The translations under genes were made by a program, and so were the position numbers. The notes under the pieces were generated by a model, which was given only the letters and a program-made list of their open reading frames with translations, was not told where the DNA came from and searched no databases. This document shows positions 1 through 16,433 of a stretch of 64,000 nucleotides of DNA, piece after piece. Every line of letters starts with the position of its first letter. Positions within the stretch are counted from its first letter, which is position 1. Source of the stretch: Eledone cirrhosa (Eukaryota); the NCBI GenBank assembly GCA_964016885.1, contig OZ024753.1, positions 23,374,001 to 23,438,000 on the forward strand, in the 5' to 3' direction.

Positions 1-3000
1 AACCCACTCTTTCAATGACAATGTCAAAACCTACTCTTTCAATGACAGTCAAAATCCACTCTTTCAATGACAACCAAAACCCTCTCTTTCAATGACAGTC
101 AAAACCCACTCTTTCAATGACACTCAAAACCCACTCTTTCAATGACAGCCAAAACGCACTCTTTCAATGACAATGTCAAAACCCACTCTTTCAATGACAA
201 TGTCTAAACTCACACTTTCAATGACATTCGAAACCCACTCTTTCAATGACAGTTAAAACCCACTCGTTCAATGACAATGTCAAAAGCCACTCTTTCAATG
301 ACAGTCAAAACCCACTCTTTCAATGACAATGTCAAAACCCACTCTTTCAATGACAATGTCAAGACCTACTCTTTCAATGACTGTCAAAACCCACTCTTTA
401 AATGACAGTCAAACCCCACTCTTTCAATGACAGTCAAAAACCCACTCATTCAATGACACCCAAAACCCACTCTTTCAATGACAATGTCAAAACCCACTTT
501 TTCAATGAAAATGTCAAAACCGACTCTTTCAATGACAATGTCAAAACCCACTCTTTCAATGACGTTGTCAAAACCCACTCTTTCAATGACACTGTCAAAA
601 CCTTCTCTTTCAATGACAGTCAAAACAAACTCTTTCAATGACAGTCAAACCCCACTCCTTCAATGACAGTCAAAACCCAATCTTTCAAGAACAGTCAAAA
701 CCTACTCTTTCAATGACAGCTAAATCCCACTCTTTCAATGACAATGTCAAAATCCACTCTTTCAATGACAATGTCAAAACCAACTCTTTCAATGACAATC
801 AAAAGCCACTCTTTCAATGACAGTCAAAACCCACTCTTTCAATGACAGTCAGAACCCACTCTTTCAATGACAGTCAAAACCCACTCTTTCAGTGACAATG
901 TCATAACCCACTATTTCAAAGACAGTCAAAACCCACTCTTTCAATGACAATGTCAAAACCCACTCTTTCAATGACAATGTCAAAACTCACACTTTCAATG
1001 ACAATGTCAAAACCCACTCTTTCAATGACAGTCAAAACCCACTCTTTCAATGACAATGTCAAAAACCACTCTTTCAATGGCAGTCAAAACCCACTCTTTC
1101 AATGAAAATGTTAAAACCCACTCTCTCAATGACAATGTCAAAACCTACTCTTTCAATGACAGTCAAAATCCACTATTTCAATGACCGTCAAAACCTACTC
1201 TTTCAATGACAGCCAAAACCCACTCTTTCAATGACAAGCCAATCCCACTCTTTCAATGACGATATCAAAGCCTACTCTTTCAATGACGGTCAAATCCCTC
1301 TCGTTCAATGACAGTGTCAAAACCCACTCTTTCAACGACAGTCAAATCCCACTCTTTCAATGACAATTTCAAACCTACTCTTTCAATGACAATCAAAACC
1401 GACTCTTTCAATGACCCTGTCAACACCTACACTTTCAATGACAATTTCAAAACCTACCATTTCAATAACAGTATAAACACACTTTTTCAATGACAGTCAA
1501 AACCCACTTTTTCAATGACAGTCAAAACCCACTCTTTCAATGACAGTCAAAACCCACTATTTCAATGTTAGCCAAAACCCACTCTTTCAATGTCAGCCAA
1601 AACCCACTCTTTCAATGACAATGTCAAAAGATACTCTTTCAACGACAGTCAAACCCCACTCTTTCAATGACAGTCAAAAACCCACTCTTTCAATGACAGC
1701 CAAAACACACTCTTTCAATGACAATGTCAAAACCCACTTTTTCAATGACAATATCAAAACCCACTCTTTCAATGACAGTCAAAACCCACTCTTTCAATGA
1801 CAATGTTAAAACCCACTCTCTCAATGAAAATGTCAAAACCTACTCTTTCAATGACAGTCAAAACCCACTCTTCCAATGACAGTCAAAACCCACTCTTTCA
1901 ATGACAGTCAAAACCCACTCTTTCAATGACACTCAAAACCCACTCTTTCAATGACAGCCAAAACCAACTCTTTCAATGACAATGTCAAAACCCACTCTTT
2001 CAATGACAATGGCAAAGCCTACTCTTTCAATGACAGTCGAAACCACTCTTTCAATGACTGTCAAAACCCACTCGTTCAATCACAATGTCAAAAGCCACTC
2101 TTTCAATGACAGTCAAAACCCACTCTTTCAATGACAATGTCAAAACCTACTCTTTCAATGACAGTCAAAATCCACTCTTTCAATGACAACCAAAACCCTC
2201 TCTTTCAATGACAGTCAAAACCCACTCTTTCAATGACACTCAAAACCCACTCTTTCAATGACAGCCAAAACGCACTCTTTCAATGACAATGTCAAAACCC
2301 ACTCTTTCAATGACAATGTCTAAACTCACACTTTCAATGACATTCGAAACCCACTCTTTCAATGACAGTTAAAACCCACTCGTTCAATGACAATGTCAAA
2401 AGCCACTCTTTCAATGACAGTCAAAACCCACTCTTTCAATGACAATGTCAAAAACCACTCTTTCAATGTCAGTCAAAACCCACTCTTTCAATGAAAATGT
2501 TAAAACCCACTCTCTCAATGACAATGTCAAAAACCTACTCTTTCAATGACAGTCAAAATCCACTATTTCAATGACAGTAAAAACCCACTCTTTCAATGAC
2601 AGTCAACACCCACTCTTTCAATGACAATCAAAACCCACTCGTTCAATAACAGTGTCAAATCCCACTCTTTCAATGACAATTTCAAACCTACTCTTTCAAT
2701 GACAATCAAAACCCACTCTTTCAATGACATTGTCAAAGCCTACTCTTTCAATGACAGTCAAATCCCTCTCGTTCAATAACAGTGTCAAAACCCACTCTTT
2801 CAACGACAGTCAAATCCCACTCTTTCAATGACAATTTCAAACCTACTCTTTCAATGACAATCAAAACCCACTCTTTCAATGACAATGTCAACACCTACAC
2901 TTTCAATGACAATTTCAAAACCTACCATTTCAATAACAGTATAAACACACTTTTTCAATGACAGTCAAAACCCACTTTTTCAATGACAGTCAAAACCCAC

Positions 3001-6000
3001 TCTTTCAATGACAGTCAAGACCCGCTATTTAAATGACAATGTCAAAACTCACTCTTTCAATGACAGTCAAAACTCACTCTTTCAATGACAGTCAAAACCT
3101 ACTCTTTCAATGTCAGCCAAAACCCACTCTTTCAATGACAATGTCAAAACCCACTCTTTCAATGACAATGTCAAGACCTACTCTTTCAATGACTGTCAAA
3201 ACCCACTCTTTAAATGACAGTCAAACCCCACTCTTTCAATGACAGTCAAAAACCCACTCATTCAATGACACCCAAAACCCACTCTTTCAATGACAATGTC
3301 AAAACCCACTTTTTCAATGAAAATGTCAAAACCGACTCTTTCAATGACAATGTCAAAACCCACTCTTTCAATGACGTTGTCAAAATCCACTCTTTCAATG
3401 ACACTGTCAAAACCTTCTCTTTCAATGACAATGTCAAAACAAACTCTTTCAATGACAGTCAAACCCCACTCCTTCAATAACAGTCAAAACCCAATCTTTC
3501 AAGAACAGTCAAAACCTACTCTTTCAATGACAGCCAAATCCCACTCTTTCAATGACAATGTCAAAATCCACTCTTTCAATGACAATGTCAAAACCAACTC
3601 TTTCAATGACAATCAAAAGCCACTCTTTCAATGACAGTCAAAACCCACTCTTTCAATGACAGTCAGAACCCACTCTTTCAATGACAGTCAAAACCCACTC
3701 TTTCAATGACAATGTCATAACCCACTATTTCAAAGACAGTCAAAACCCACTCTTTCAATGACAATGTCAAAACCCACTCTTTCAATGACAATGTCAAAAC
3801 TCACACTTTCAATGACAATGTCAAAACCCACTCTTTCAATGACAGTCAAAACCCACTCTTTCAATGACAATGTCAAAAACCACTCTTTCAATGGCAGTCA
3901 AAACCCACTCTTTCAATGAAAATGTTAAAACCCACTCTCTCAATGACAATGTCAAAACCTACTCTTTCAATGACAGCCAAAACCCACTCTTTCAATGACA
4001 AGCCAATCCCACTCTTTCAATGACGATATCAAAGCCTACTCTTTCAATGACGGTCAAATCCCTCTCGTTCAATGACAGTGTCAAAACCCACTCTTTCAAC
4101 GACAGTCAAATCCCACTCTTTCAATGACAATTTCAAACCTACTCTTTCAATGACAATCAAAACCCACTCTTTCAATGACCCTGCCAACACCTACACTTTC
4201 AATGACAATTTCAAAACCTACCATTTCAATAACAGTATAAACACACTTTTTCAATGACAGTCAAAACCCACTTTTTCAATGACAGTCAAAACCCACTCTT
4301 TCAATGACAGTCAAAACCCACTATTTCAATGTTAGCCAAAACCCACTCTTTCAATGTCAGCCAAAACCCACTCTTTCAATGACAATGTCAAAAGCTACTC
4401 TTTCAATGACAGTCAAACCCCACTCTTTCAATGACAGCCAAAAACCCACTCTTTCAATGACAGCCAAAACACACTCTTTCAATGACAATGTCAAAACCCA
4501 CTTTTTCAATGACAATGTCAAAACCTACTCTTTCAATGACAGTCAAAACCCACTCTTTCAATGACAATATTAAAACCCACTCTCTCAATGACAATGTCAA
4601 AACCTACTCTTTCAATGACAGTCAAAACCCACTCTTTCAATGATAGTCAAAAGCCATTACTTCAATGAAAATGTCAAAACCGACTCTTTCAATGACAATG
4701 TCAAAACCCACTCCTTCAATGACACTGTCAAAACCCACTCTTTCAATGACAATGTCAAAACCTTCTCTTTCAATGACAGTCAAAACAAACTCTTTCAATG
4801 ACAGTCAAACCCCACTCCTTCAATAACAGTCAAAACCCAATCTTTCAATAACAGTCAAAACCTATTCTTTCAATGACAGCCAAATCCCACTCTTTCAATG
4901 ACAATATCAAAATCCACTCTTTCAATGACAATGTCAAAACCAACTCTTTCAATGACAATCAAAAGCCACTCTTTCAATGACAGTCAAAACCTACTCTTTC
5001 AATGACAGTCAGAACCCACTCTTTCAATGACAGTCAAAACCCACTCTTTCAATGACAATGTTAAAACCCACTCTTTCAATGACAATGTCAAATCCTGCTG
5101 TTTCAATGACAATGTCAAAACCGACTCTTTCAATGACAATGTCATAACCCACTATTTCAATGACAGTCAAAACCCTCTATTTCAATGACAATGTCAACAC
5201 CTACACTTTCAATGACAATTTCAAAACCTACCATTTCAATAACAGTATAAACACACTTTTTCAATGACAGTCAAAACCCACTCTTTCAATGACACTCAAA
5301 ACCCACTTTTTCAATGACAGCCAAAACCAACTCTTTCAATGACAATGTCAAAACCCACTCTTTCAATGACAATGGCAAAGCCTACTCTTTCAATGACAGT
5401 CGAAACCACTCTTTCAATGACTGTCAAAACCCACTCGTTCAATCACAATGTCAAAACCCACTCTTTCAATGACAGTCAAAACCCACTCTTTCAATGACAA
5501 TGTCAAAACCTACTCTTTCAATGACCGTCAAAATCCACTCTTTCAATGACAACCAAAACCCACTCTTTCAATGACAGTCAAAACCCACTCTTTCAATGAC
5601 ACTCAAAACCCACTCTTTCAATGACAGCCAAAACGCACTCTTTCAATGACAATGTCAAAACCCACTCTTTCAATGACAATGTCAAAACTCACACTTTCAA
5701 TGACATTCGAAACCCACTCTTTCAATGACAGTTAAAACCCACTCGTTCAATGACAATGTCAAAAGCCACTCTTTCAATGACAGTCAAAACCCACTCTTTC
5801 AATGACAATGTCAGAAACCACTCTTTCAATGGCAGTCAAAACCCACTCTTTCAATGAAAATGTTAAAACCCACACTCTCAATGACAATGTCAAAACCTAC
5901 TCTTTCAATGACAGTCAAAATCCACTATTTCAATGACAGTAAAAACCCACTCTTTCAATGACAGTCAACACCCACTCTTTCAATGACAATCAAAACCCAC

Positions 6001-9000
6001 TCGTTCAATAACATTGTCAAAACCCACTCTTTCAACGACAGTCAAATCCCACTCTTTCAATGACAATTTCAAACCTACTCTTTCAATGACAATCAAAACC
6101 CACTCTTTCAATGACAATGTCAAAGCCTACTCTTTCAATGACAGTCAAATCACTCTCGTTCAATAACAGTGTCAAAACCCACTCTTTCAACGACAGTCAA
6201 ATCCCACTCTTTCAATGACAATTTCAAACCTACTCTTTCAATGACAATCAAAACCGACTCTTTCAATGACCCTGTCAACACCTACACTTTCAATGACAAT
6301 TTCAAAACCTACCATTTCAATAACAGTATAAACACACTTTTTCAATGACAGTCAAAACACACTTTTTCAATGACAGTCAAAACCCACTCTTTCAATGACA
6401 GTCAAAACCCACTATTTCAATGTTAGCCAAAACCCACTCTTTCAATGTCAGCCAAAACCCACTCTTTCAATGACAATGTCAAAAGATACTCTTTCAACGA
6501 CAGTCAAACCCCACTCTTTCAATGACAGTCAAAATCCCACTCTTTCAATGACAGCCAAAACACACTCTTTCAATGACAATGTCAAAACCCACTTTTTCAA
6601 TGACAATGTCAAAACCTACTCTTTCAATGACAGTCAAAACCCACTCTTCCAATGACAGTCAAAACCCACTCTTTCAATGACAGTCAAAACCCACTCTTTC
6701 AATGACACTCAAAACCCACTCTTTCAATGACAGCCAAAACCAACTCTTTCAATGACAATGTCAAAACCCACTCTTTCAATGACAATGGCAAAGCCTACTC
6801 TTTCAATGACAGTCGAAACCACTCTTTTCAATGACTGTCAAAACCCACTCGTTCAATCACAATGTCAAAAGCCACTCTTTCAATGACAGTCAAAACCCAC
6901 TCTTTCAATGACAATGTCAAAACCTACTCTTTCAATGACAGTCAAAATCCACTCTTTCAATGACAACCAAAACCCTCTCTTTCAATGACAGTCAAAACCC
7001 ACTCTTTCAATGACACTCAAAACCCACTCTTTCAATGACAGCCAAAACGCACTCTTTCAATGACAATGTCAAAACCCACTCTTTCAATGACAATGTCTAA
7101 ACTCACACTTTCAATGACATTCGAAACCCACTCTTTCAATGACAGTTAAAACCCACTCGTTCAATGACAATGTCAAAAGCCACTCTTTCAATGACAGTCA
7201 AAACCCCCTCTTTCAATGACAATGTCAAAAACCACTCTTTCAATGGCAGTCAAAACCCACTCTTTCAATGAAAATGTTAAAACCTACTCTCTCAATGACA
7301 ATGTCAAAAACCTACTCTTTCAATGACAGTCAAAATCCACTATTTCAATGACAGTAAAAACCCACTCTTTCAATGACAGTCAACACCCACTCTTTCAATG
7401 ACAATCAAAACCCACTCGTTCAATAACAGTGTCAAATCCCACTCTTTCAATGACAGTCAAATCCCTCTCGTTCAATAACAGTGTCAAAACCCACTCTTTC
7501 AACGACAGTCAAATCCCACTCTTTCAATGACAATTTCAAACCTACTCTTTCAATGACAATCAAAACCCACTCTTTCAATGACATTGTCAAAGCCTACTCT
7601 TTCAATGACAGTCAAATCCCTCTCGTTCAATAACAGTGTCAAAACCCACTCTTTCAACGACAGTCAAATCCCACTCTTTCAATGACAATTTCAAACCTAC
7701 TCTTTCAATGACAATCAAAACCCACTCTTTCAATGACAATGTCAACACCTACACTTTCAATGACAATTTCAAAACCTACCATTTCAATAACAGTATAAAC
7801 ACACTTTTTCAATGACAGTCAAAACCCACTTTTTTAATGACAGTCAAAACCCACTCTTTCAATGACAGTCAAAACCAGCTATTTAAATGACAATGTCAAA
7901 ACTCACTCTTTCAATGACAGTCAAATCCCACTCTTTCAATGACAATTTCAAACCTACTCTTTCAATGACAATCAAAACCCACTCTTTCAATGACAATGTC
8001 AACACCTACACTTTCAATGACAATTTCAAAACCTACCATTTCAATAACAGTATAAACACACTTTTTCAATGACAGTCAAAACCCACTTTTTCAATGACAG
8101 TCAAAACCCACTCTTTCAATGACAGTCAAAACCCGCTATTTAAATGACAATGTCAAAACTCACTCTTTCAATGACAGTCAAAACTCACTCTTTCAATGAC
8201 AGTCAAAACCTACTCTTTCAATGTCAGCCAAAACCCACTCTTTCAATGACAATGTCAAAACCCACTCTTTCAATGACAATGTCAAGACCTACTCTTTCAA
8301 TGACTGTCAAAACCCACTCTTTAAATGACAGTCAAACCCCACTCTTTCAATGACAGTCAAAAACCCACTCATTCAATGACACCCAAAACCCACTCTTTCA
8401 ATGACAATGTCAAAACCCACTTTTTCAATGAAAATGTCAAAACCGACTCTTTCAATGACAATGTCAAAACCCACTCTTTCAATGACGTTGTCAAAATCCA
8501 CTCTTTCAATGACACTGTCAAAACCTTCTCTTTCAATGACAGTCAAAACAAACTCTTTCAATGACAGTCAAACCCCACTCCTTCAATAACAGTCAAAACC
8601 CAATCTTTCAAGAACAGTCAAAACCTACTCTTTCAATGACAGCCAAATCCCACTCTTTCAATGACAATGTCAAAATCCACTCTTTCAATGACAATGTCAA
8701 AACCAACTCTTTCAATGACAATCAAAAGCCACTCTTTCAATGACAGTCAAAACCCACTCTTTCAATGACAGTCAGAACCCACTCTTTCAATGACAGTCAA
8801 AACCCACTCTTTCAATGACAATGTCATAACCCACTATTTCAAAGACAGTCAAAACCCACTCTTTCAATGACAATGTCAAAACCCACTCTTTCAATGACAA
8901 TGTCAAAACTCACACTTTCAATGACAATGTCAAAACCCACTCTTTCAATGACAGTCAAAACCCACTCTTTCAATGACAATGTCAAAAACCACTCTTTCAA

Positions 9001-9003
9001 TGG

Positions 9004-12000
9004 CAGTCAAAATCCACTATTTCAATGACCGTCAAAACCTACTCTTTCAATGACAGCCAAAACCCACTCTTTCAATGACAAGCCAATCCCACTCTTTCAA
9101 TGACGATATCAAAGCCTACTCTTTCAATGACGGTCAAATCCCTCTCGTTCAATGACAGTGTCAAAACCCACTCTTTCAACGACAGTCAAATCCCACTCTT
9201 TCAATGACAATTTCAAACCTACTCTTTCAATGACAATCAAAACCCACTCTTTCAATGACCCTGCCAACACCTACACTTTCAATGACAATTTCAAAACCTA
9301 CCATTTCAATAACAGTATAAACACACTTTTTCAATGACAGTCAAAACCCACTTTTTCAATGACAGTCAAAACCCACTCTTTCAATGACAGTCAAAACCCA
9401 CTATTTCAATGTTAGCCAAAACCCACTCTTTCAATGTCAGCCAAAACCCACTCTTTCAATGACAATGTCAAAAGCTACTCTTTCAATGACAGTCAAACCC
9501 CACTCTTTCAATGACAGCCAAAAACCCACTCTTTCAATGACAGCCAAAACACACTCTTTCAATGACAATGTCAAAACCCACTTTTTCAATGACAATGTCA
9601 AAACCTACTCTTTCAATGACAGTCAAAACCCACTCTTTCAATGACAATGTTAAAACCCACTCTCTCAATGACAATGTCAAAACCTACTCTTTCAATGACA
9701 GTCAAAACCCACTCTTTCAATGATAGTCAAAAGCCATTATTTCAATGAAAATGTCAAAACCGACTCTTTCAATGACAATGTCAAAACCCACTCCTTCAAT
9801 GACACTGTCAAAACCCACTCTTTCAATGACAATGTCAAAACCTTCTCTTTCAATGACAGTCAAAACAAACTCTTTCAATGACAGTCAAACCCCACTCCTT
9901 CAATAACAGTCAAAACCCAATCTTTCAATAACAGTCAAAACCTACTCTTTCAATGACAGCCAAATCCCACTCTTTCAATGACAATATCAAAATCCACTCT
10001 TTCAATGACAATGTCAAAACCAACTCTTTCAATGACAATCAAAAGCCACTCTTTCAATGACAGTCAAAACCTACTCTTTCAATGACAGTCAGAACCCACT
10101 CTTTCAATGACAGTCAAAACCCACTCTTTCAATGACAATGTTAAAACCCACTCTTTCAATGACAATGTCAAATCCTGCTGTTTCAATGACAATGTCAAAA
10201 CCGACTCTTTCAATGACAATGTCATAACCCACTATTTCAATGACAGTCAAAACCCTCTATTTCAATGACAATGTCAAAACCCACTCTTTCAATGACAATG
10301 TCAACACCTACACTTTCAATGACAATTTCAAAACCTACCATTTCAATAACAGTATAAACACACTTTTTCAATGACAGTCAAAACCCACTCTTTCAATGAC
10401 ACTCAAAACCCACTTTTTCAATGACAATGGCAAAGCCTACTCTTTCAATGACAGTCGAAACCACTCTTTCAATGACTGTCAAAACCCACTCGTTCAATCA
10501 CAATGTCAAAACCCACTCTTTCAATGACAGTCAAAACCCACTCTTTCAATGACAATGTCAAAACCTACTCTTTCAATGACCGTCAAAATCCACTCTTTCA
10601 ATGACAACCAAAACCCACTCTTTCAATGACAGTCAAAACCCACTCTTTCAATGACACTCAAAACCCACTCTTTCAATGACAGCCAAAACGCACTCTTTCA
10701 ATGACAATGTCAAAACCCACTCTTTCAATGACAATGTCAAAACTCACACTTTCAATGACATTCGAAACCCACTCTTTCAATGACAGTTAAAACCCACTCG
10801 TTCAATGACAATGTCAAAAGCCACTCTTTCAATGACAGTCAAAACCCACTCTTTCAATAACAATGTCAGAAACCACTCTTTCAATGGCAGTCAAAAGCCA
10901 CTCTTTCAATGAAAATGTTAAAACCCACACTCTCAATGACAATGTCAAAACCTACTCTTTCAATGACAGTCAAAATCCACTATTTCAATGACAGTAAAAA
11001 CCCACTCTTTCAATGACAGTCAACACCCACTCTTTCAATGACAATCAAAACCCACTCGTTCAATAACATTGTCAAAACCCACTCTTTCAACGACATTCAA
11101 ATCCCACTCTTTCAATGACAATTTCAAACCTACTCTTTCAATGACAATCAAAACCCACTCTTTCAATGACAATGTCAAAGCCTACTCTTTCAATGACAGT
11201 CAAATCACTCTCGTTCAATAACAGTGTCAAAACCCACTCTTTCAACGACAGTCAAATCCCACTCTTTCAATGACAATTTCAAACCTACTCTTTCAATGAC
11301 AATCAAAACCGACTCTTTCAATGACCCTGTCAACACCTACACTTTCAATGACAATTTCAAAACCTACCATTTCAATAACAGTATAAACACACTTTTTCAA
11401 TGACAGTCAAAACCCACATTTTCAATGACAGTCAAAACCCACTCTTTCAATGACAGTCAAAACCCACTATTTCAATGACACTGTCAAAACATTCTCTTTC
11501 AATGACAGTCAAAACAAACTCTTTCAATGACAGTCAAACCCCACTCCTTCAATAACAGTCAAAACCCAATCTTTCAATAACAGTCAAAACCTACTCTTTC
11601 AATGACAGCCAAATCCCACTCTTTCAATGACAATGTCAAAATCCACTCTTTCAATGACAATGTCAAAACCAACTCTTTCAATGACAATCAAAAGCCACTC
11701 TTTCAATGACAGTCAAAACCCACTCTTTCAATGACAGTCAGAACCCACTCTTTCAATGACAGTCAAAACCCACTCTTTCAATGACAATGTCATAACCCAC
11801 TATTTCAATGACAGTCAAAACCCACTCTTTCAATGAAAATGTTAAAACCCACTCTCTCAATGACAATGTCAAAACCTACTCTTTCAATGACAGTCAAAAT
11901 CCACTATTTCAATGACCGTCAAAACCTACTCTTTCAATGACAGCCAAAACCCACTCTTTCAATGACAAGCCAATCCCACTCTTTCAATGACGATATCAAA

Positions 12001-15000
12001 GCCTACTCTTTCAATGACGGTCAAATCCCTCTCGTTCAATGACAGTGTCAAAACCCACTCTTTCAACGACAGTCAAATCCCACTCTTTCAATGACAATTT
12101 CAAACCTACTCTTTCAATGACAATCAAAACCCACTCTTTCAATGACCCTGTCAACACCTACACTTTCAATGACAATTTCAAAACCTACCATTTCAATAAC
12201 AGTATAAACACTTTTTCAATGACAGTCAAAACCCACTTTTTCAATGACAGTCAAAACCCACTCTTTCAATGACAGTCAAAACCCACTATTTCAATGTTAG
12301 CCAAAACCCACTCTTTCAATGTCAGCCAAAACCCACTCTTTCAATGACAATGTCAAAAGCTACTCTTTCAATGACAGTCAAACCCCACTCTTTCAATGAC
12401 AGCCAAAAACCCACTCTTTCAATGACAGCCAAAACACACTCTTTCAATGACAATGTCAAAACCCACTTTTTCAATGACAATATCAAAACCTACTCTTTCA
12501 ATGACAGTCAAAACCCACTCTTTCAATGACAATGTTAAAACCCACTCTCTCAATGACAATGTCAAAACCTACTCTTTCAATGACAGTCAAAACCCACTCT
12601 TTCAATGATAGTCAAAAGCCATTATTTCAATGAAAATGTCAAAACCGACTCTTTCAATGACAATGTCAAAACCCACTCCTTCAATGACACTGTCAAAACC
12701 CACTCTTTCAATGACAATGTCAAAACCTTCTCTTTCAATGACAGTCAAAACAAACTCTTTCAATGACAGTCAAACCCCACTCCTTCAATAACAGTCAAAA
12801 CCCAATCTTTCAATAACAGTCAAAACCTACTCTTTCAATGACAGCCAAATCCCACTCTTTCAATGACAATGTCAAAATCCACTCTTTCAATGACAATGTC
12901 AAAACCAACTCTTTCAATGACAATCAAAAGCCACTCTTTCAATGACAGTCAAAACCCACTCTTTCAATGACAGTCAGAACCCACTCTTTCAATGACAGTC
13001 AAAACCCACTCTTTCAATGACAATGTCATAACCCACTATTTCAATGACAGTCAAAACCCACTCTTTCAATGAAAATGTTAAAACCCACTCTCTCAATGAC
13101 AATGTCAAAACCTACTCTTTCAATGACAGTCAAAATCCACTATTTCAATGACCGTCAAAACCTACTCTTTCAATGACAGCCAAAACCCACTCTTTCAATG
13201 ACAAGCCAATCCCACTCTTTCAATGACGATATCAAAGCCTACTCTTTCAATGACGGTCAAATCCCTCTCGTTCAATGACAGTGTCAAAACCCACTCTTTC
13301 AACGACAGTCAAATCCCACTCTTTCAATGACAATTTCAAACCTACTCTTTCAATGACAATCAAAACCCACTCTTTCAATGACCCTGCCAACACCTACACT
13401 TTCAATGACAATTTCAAAACCTACCATTTCAATAACAGTATAAACACACTTTTTCAATGACAGTCAAAACCCACTTTTTCAATGACAGTCAAAACCCACT
13501 CTTTCAATGACAGTCAAAACCCACTATTTCAATGTTAGCCAAAACCCACTCTTTCAATGTCAGCCAAAACCCACTCTTTCAATGACAATGTCAAAAGCTA
13601 CTCTTTCAATGACAGTCAAACCCCACTCTTTCAATGACAGCCAAAAACCCACTCTTTCAATGACAGCCAAAACACACTCTTTCAATGACAATGTCAAAAC
13701 CCACTTTTTCAATGACAATGTCAAAACCTACTCTTTCAATGACAGTCAAAACCCACTCTTTCAATGACAATGTTAAAACCCACTCTCTCAATGACAATGT
13801 CAAAACCTACTCTTTCAATGACAGTCAAAACCCACTCTTTCAATGATAGTCAAAAGCCATTATTTCAATGAAAATGTCAAAACCGACTCTTTCAATGACA
13901 ATGTCAAAACCCACTCCTTCAATGACACTGTCAAAACCCACTCTTTCAATGACAATGTCAAAACCTTCTCTTTCAATGACAGTCAAAACAAACTCTTTCA
14001 ATGACAGTCAAACCCCACTCCTTCAATAACAGTCAAAACCCAATCTTTCAATAACAGTCAAAACCTACTCTTTCAATGACAGCCAAATCCCACTCTTTCA
14101 ATGACAATATCAAAATCCACTCTTTCAATGACAATGTCAAAACCAACTCTTTCAATGACAATCAAAAGCCACTCTTTCAATGACAGTCAAAACCTACTCT
14201 TTCAATGACAGTCAGAACCCACTCTTTCAATGACAGTCAAAACCCACTCTTTCAATGACAATGTTAAAACCCACTCTTTCAATGACAATGTCAAATCCTG
14301 CTGTTTCAATGACAATGTCAAAACCGACTCTTTCAATGACAATGTCATAACCCACTATTTCAATGACAGTCAAAACCCTCTATTTCAATGACAATGTCAA
14401 AACCCACTCTTTCAATGACAATGTCAACACCTACACTTTCAATGACAATTTCAAAACCTACCATTTCAATAACAGTATAAACACACTTTTTCAATGACAG
14501 TCAAAACCCACTCTTTCAATGACACTCAAAACCCACTTTTTCAATGACAATGGCAAAGCCTACTCTTTCAATGACAGTCGAAACCACTCTTTCAATGACT
14601 GTCAAAACCCACTCGTTCAATCACAATGTCAAAACCCACTCTTTCAATGACAGTCAAAACCCACTCTTTCAATGACAATGTCAAAACCTACTCTTTCAAT
14701 GACCGTCAAAATCCACTCTTTCAATGACAACCAAAACCCACTCTTTCAATGACAGTCAAAACCCACTCTTTCAATGACACTCAAAACCCACTCTTTCAAT
14801 GACAGCCAAAACGCACTCTTTCAATGACAATGTCAAAACCCACTCTTTCAATGACAATGTCAAAACTCACACTTTCAATGACATTCGAAACCCACTCTTT
14901 CAATGACAGTTAAAACCCACTCGTTCAATGACAATGTCAAAAGCCACTCTTTCAATGACAGTCAAAACCCACTCTTTCAATAACAATGTCAGAAACCACT

Positions 15001-16433
15001 CTTTCAATGGCAGTCAAAAGCCACTCTTTCAATGAAAATGTTAAAACCCACACTCTCAATGACAATGTCAAAACCTACTCTTTCAATGACAGTCAAAATC
15101 CACTATTTCAATGACAGTAAAAACCCACTCTTTCAATGACAGTCAACACCCACTCTTTCAATGACAATCAAAACCCACTCGTTCAATAACATTGTCAAAA
15201 CCCACTCTTTCAACGACATTCAAATCCCACTCTTTCAATGACAATTTCAAACCTACTCTTTCAATGACAATCAAAACCCACTCTTTCAATGACAATGTCA
15301 AAGCCTACTCTTTCAATGACAGTCAAATCACTCTCGTTCAATAACAGTGTCAAAACCCACTCTTTCAACGACAGTCAAATCCCACTCTTTCAATGACAAT
15401 TTCAAACCTACTCTTTCAATGACAATCAAAACCGACTCTTTCAATGACCCTGTCAACACCTACACTTTCAATGACAATTTCAAAACCTACCATTTCAATA
15501 ACAGTATAAACACACTTTTTCAATGACAGTCAAAACCCACATTTTCAATGACAGTCAAAACCCACTCTTTCAATGACAGTCAAAACCCACTATTTCAATG
15601 ACACTGTCAAAACATTCTCTTTCAATGACAGTCAAAACAAACTCTTTCAATGACAGTCAAACCCCACTCCTTCAATAACAGTCAAAACCCAATCTTTCAA
15701 TAACAGTCAAAACCTACTCTTTCAATGACAGCCAAATCCCACTCTTTCAATGACAATGTCAAAATCCACTCTTTCAATGACAATGTCAAAACCAACTCTT
15801 TCAATGACAATCAAAAGCCACTCTTTCAATGACAGTCAAAACCCACTCTTTCAATGACAGTCAGAACCCACTCTTTCAATGACAGTCAAAACCCACTCTT
15901 TCAATGACAATGTCATAACCCACTATTTCAATGACAGTCAAAACCCACTCTTTCAATGAAAATGTTAAAACCCACTCTCTCAATGACAATGTCAAAACCT
16001 ACTCTTTCAATGACAGTCAAAATCCACTATTTCAATGACCGTCAAAACCTACTCTTTCAATGACAGCCAAAACCCACTCTTTCAATGACAAGCCAATCCC
16101 ACTCTTTCAATGACGATATCAAAGCCTACTCTTTCAATGACGGTCAAATCCCTCTCGTTCAATGACAGTGTCAAAACCCACTCTTTCAACGACAGTCAAA
16201 TCCCACTCTTTCAATGACAATTTCAAACCTACTCTTTCAATGACAATCAAAACCCACTCTTTCAATGACCCTGTCAACACCTACACTTTCAATGACAATT
16301 TCAAAACCTACCATTTCAATAACAGTATAAACACTTTTTCAATGACAGTCAAAACCCACTTTTTCAATGACAGTCAAAACCCACTCTTTCAATGACAGTC
16401 AAAACCCACTATTTCAATGTTAGCCAAAACCCA
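9004..16433 (+). repeat. Near-identical local duplication inside the satellite, period 4123 bp
   Basis: Matching artefact ORFs and rare variants are offset by 4123: 9152/13275, 9384/13507, 12039/16162. Identity starts at ~9004/13127, and the second copy loses one monomer at ~16,430. Confidence 0.88.
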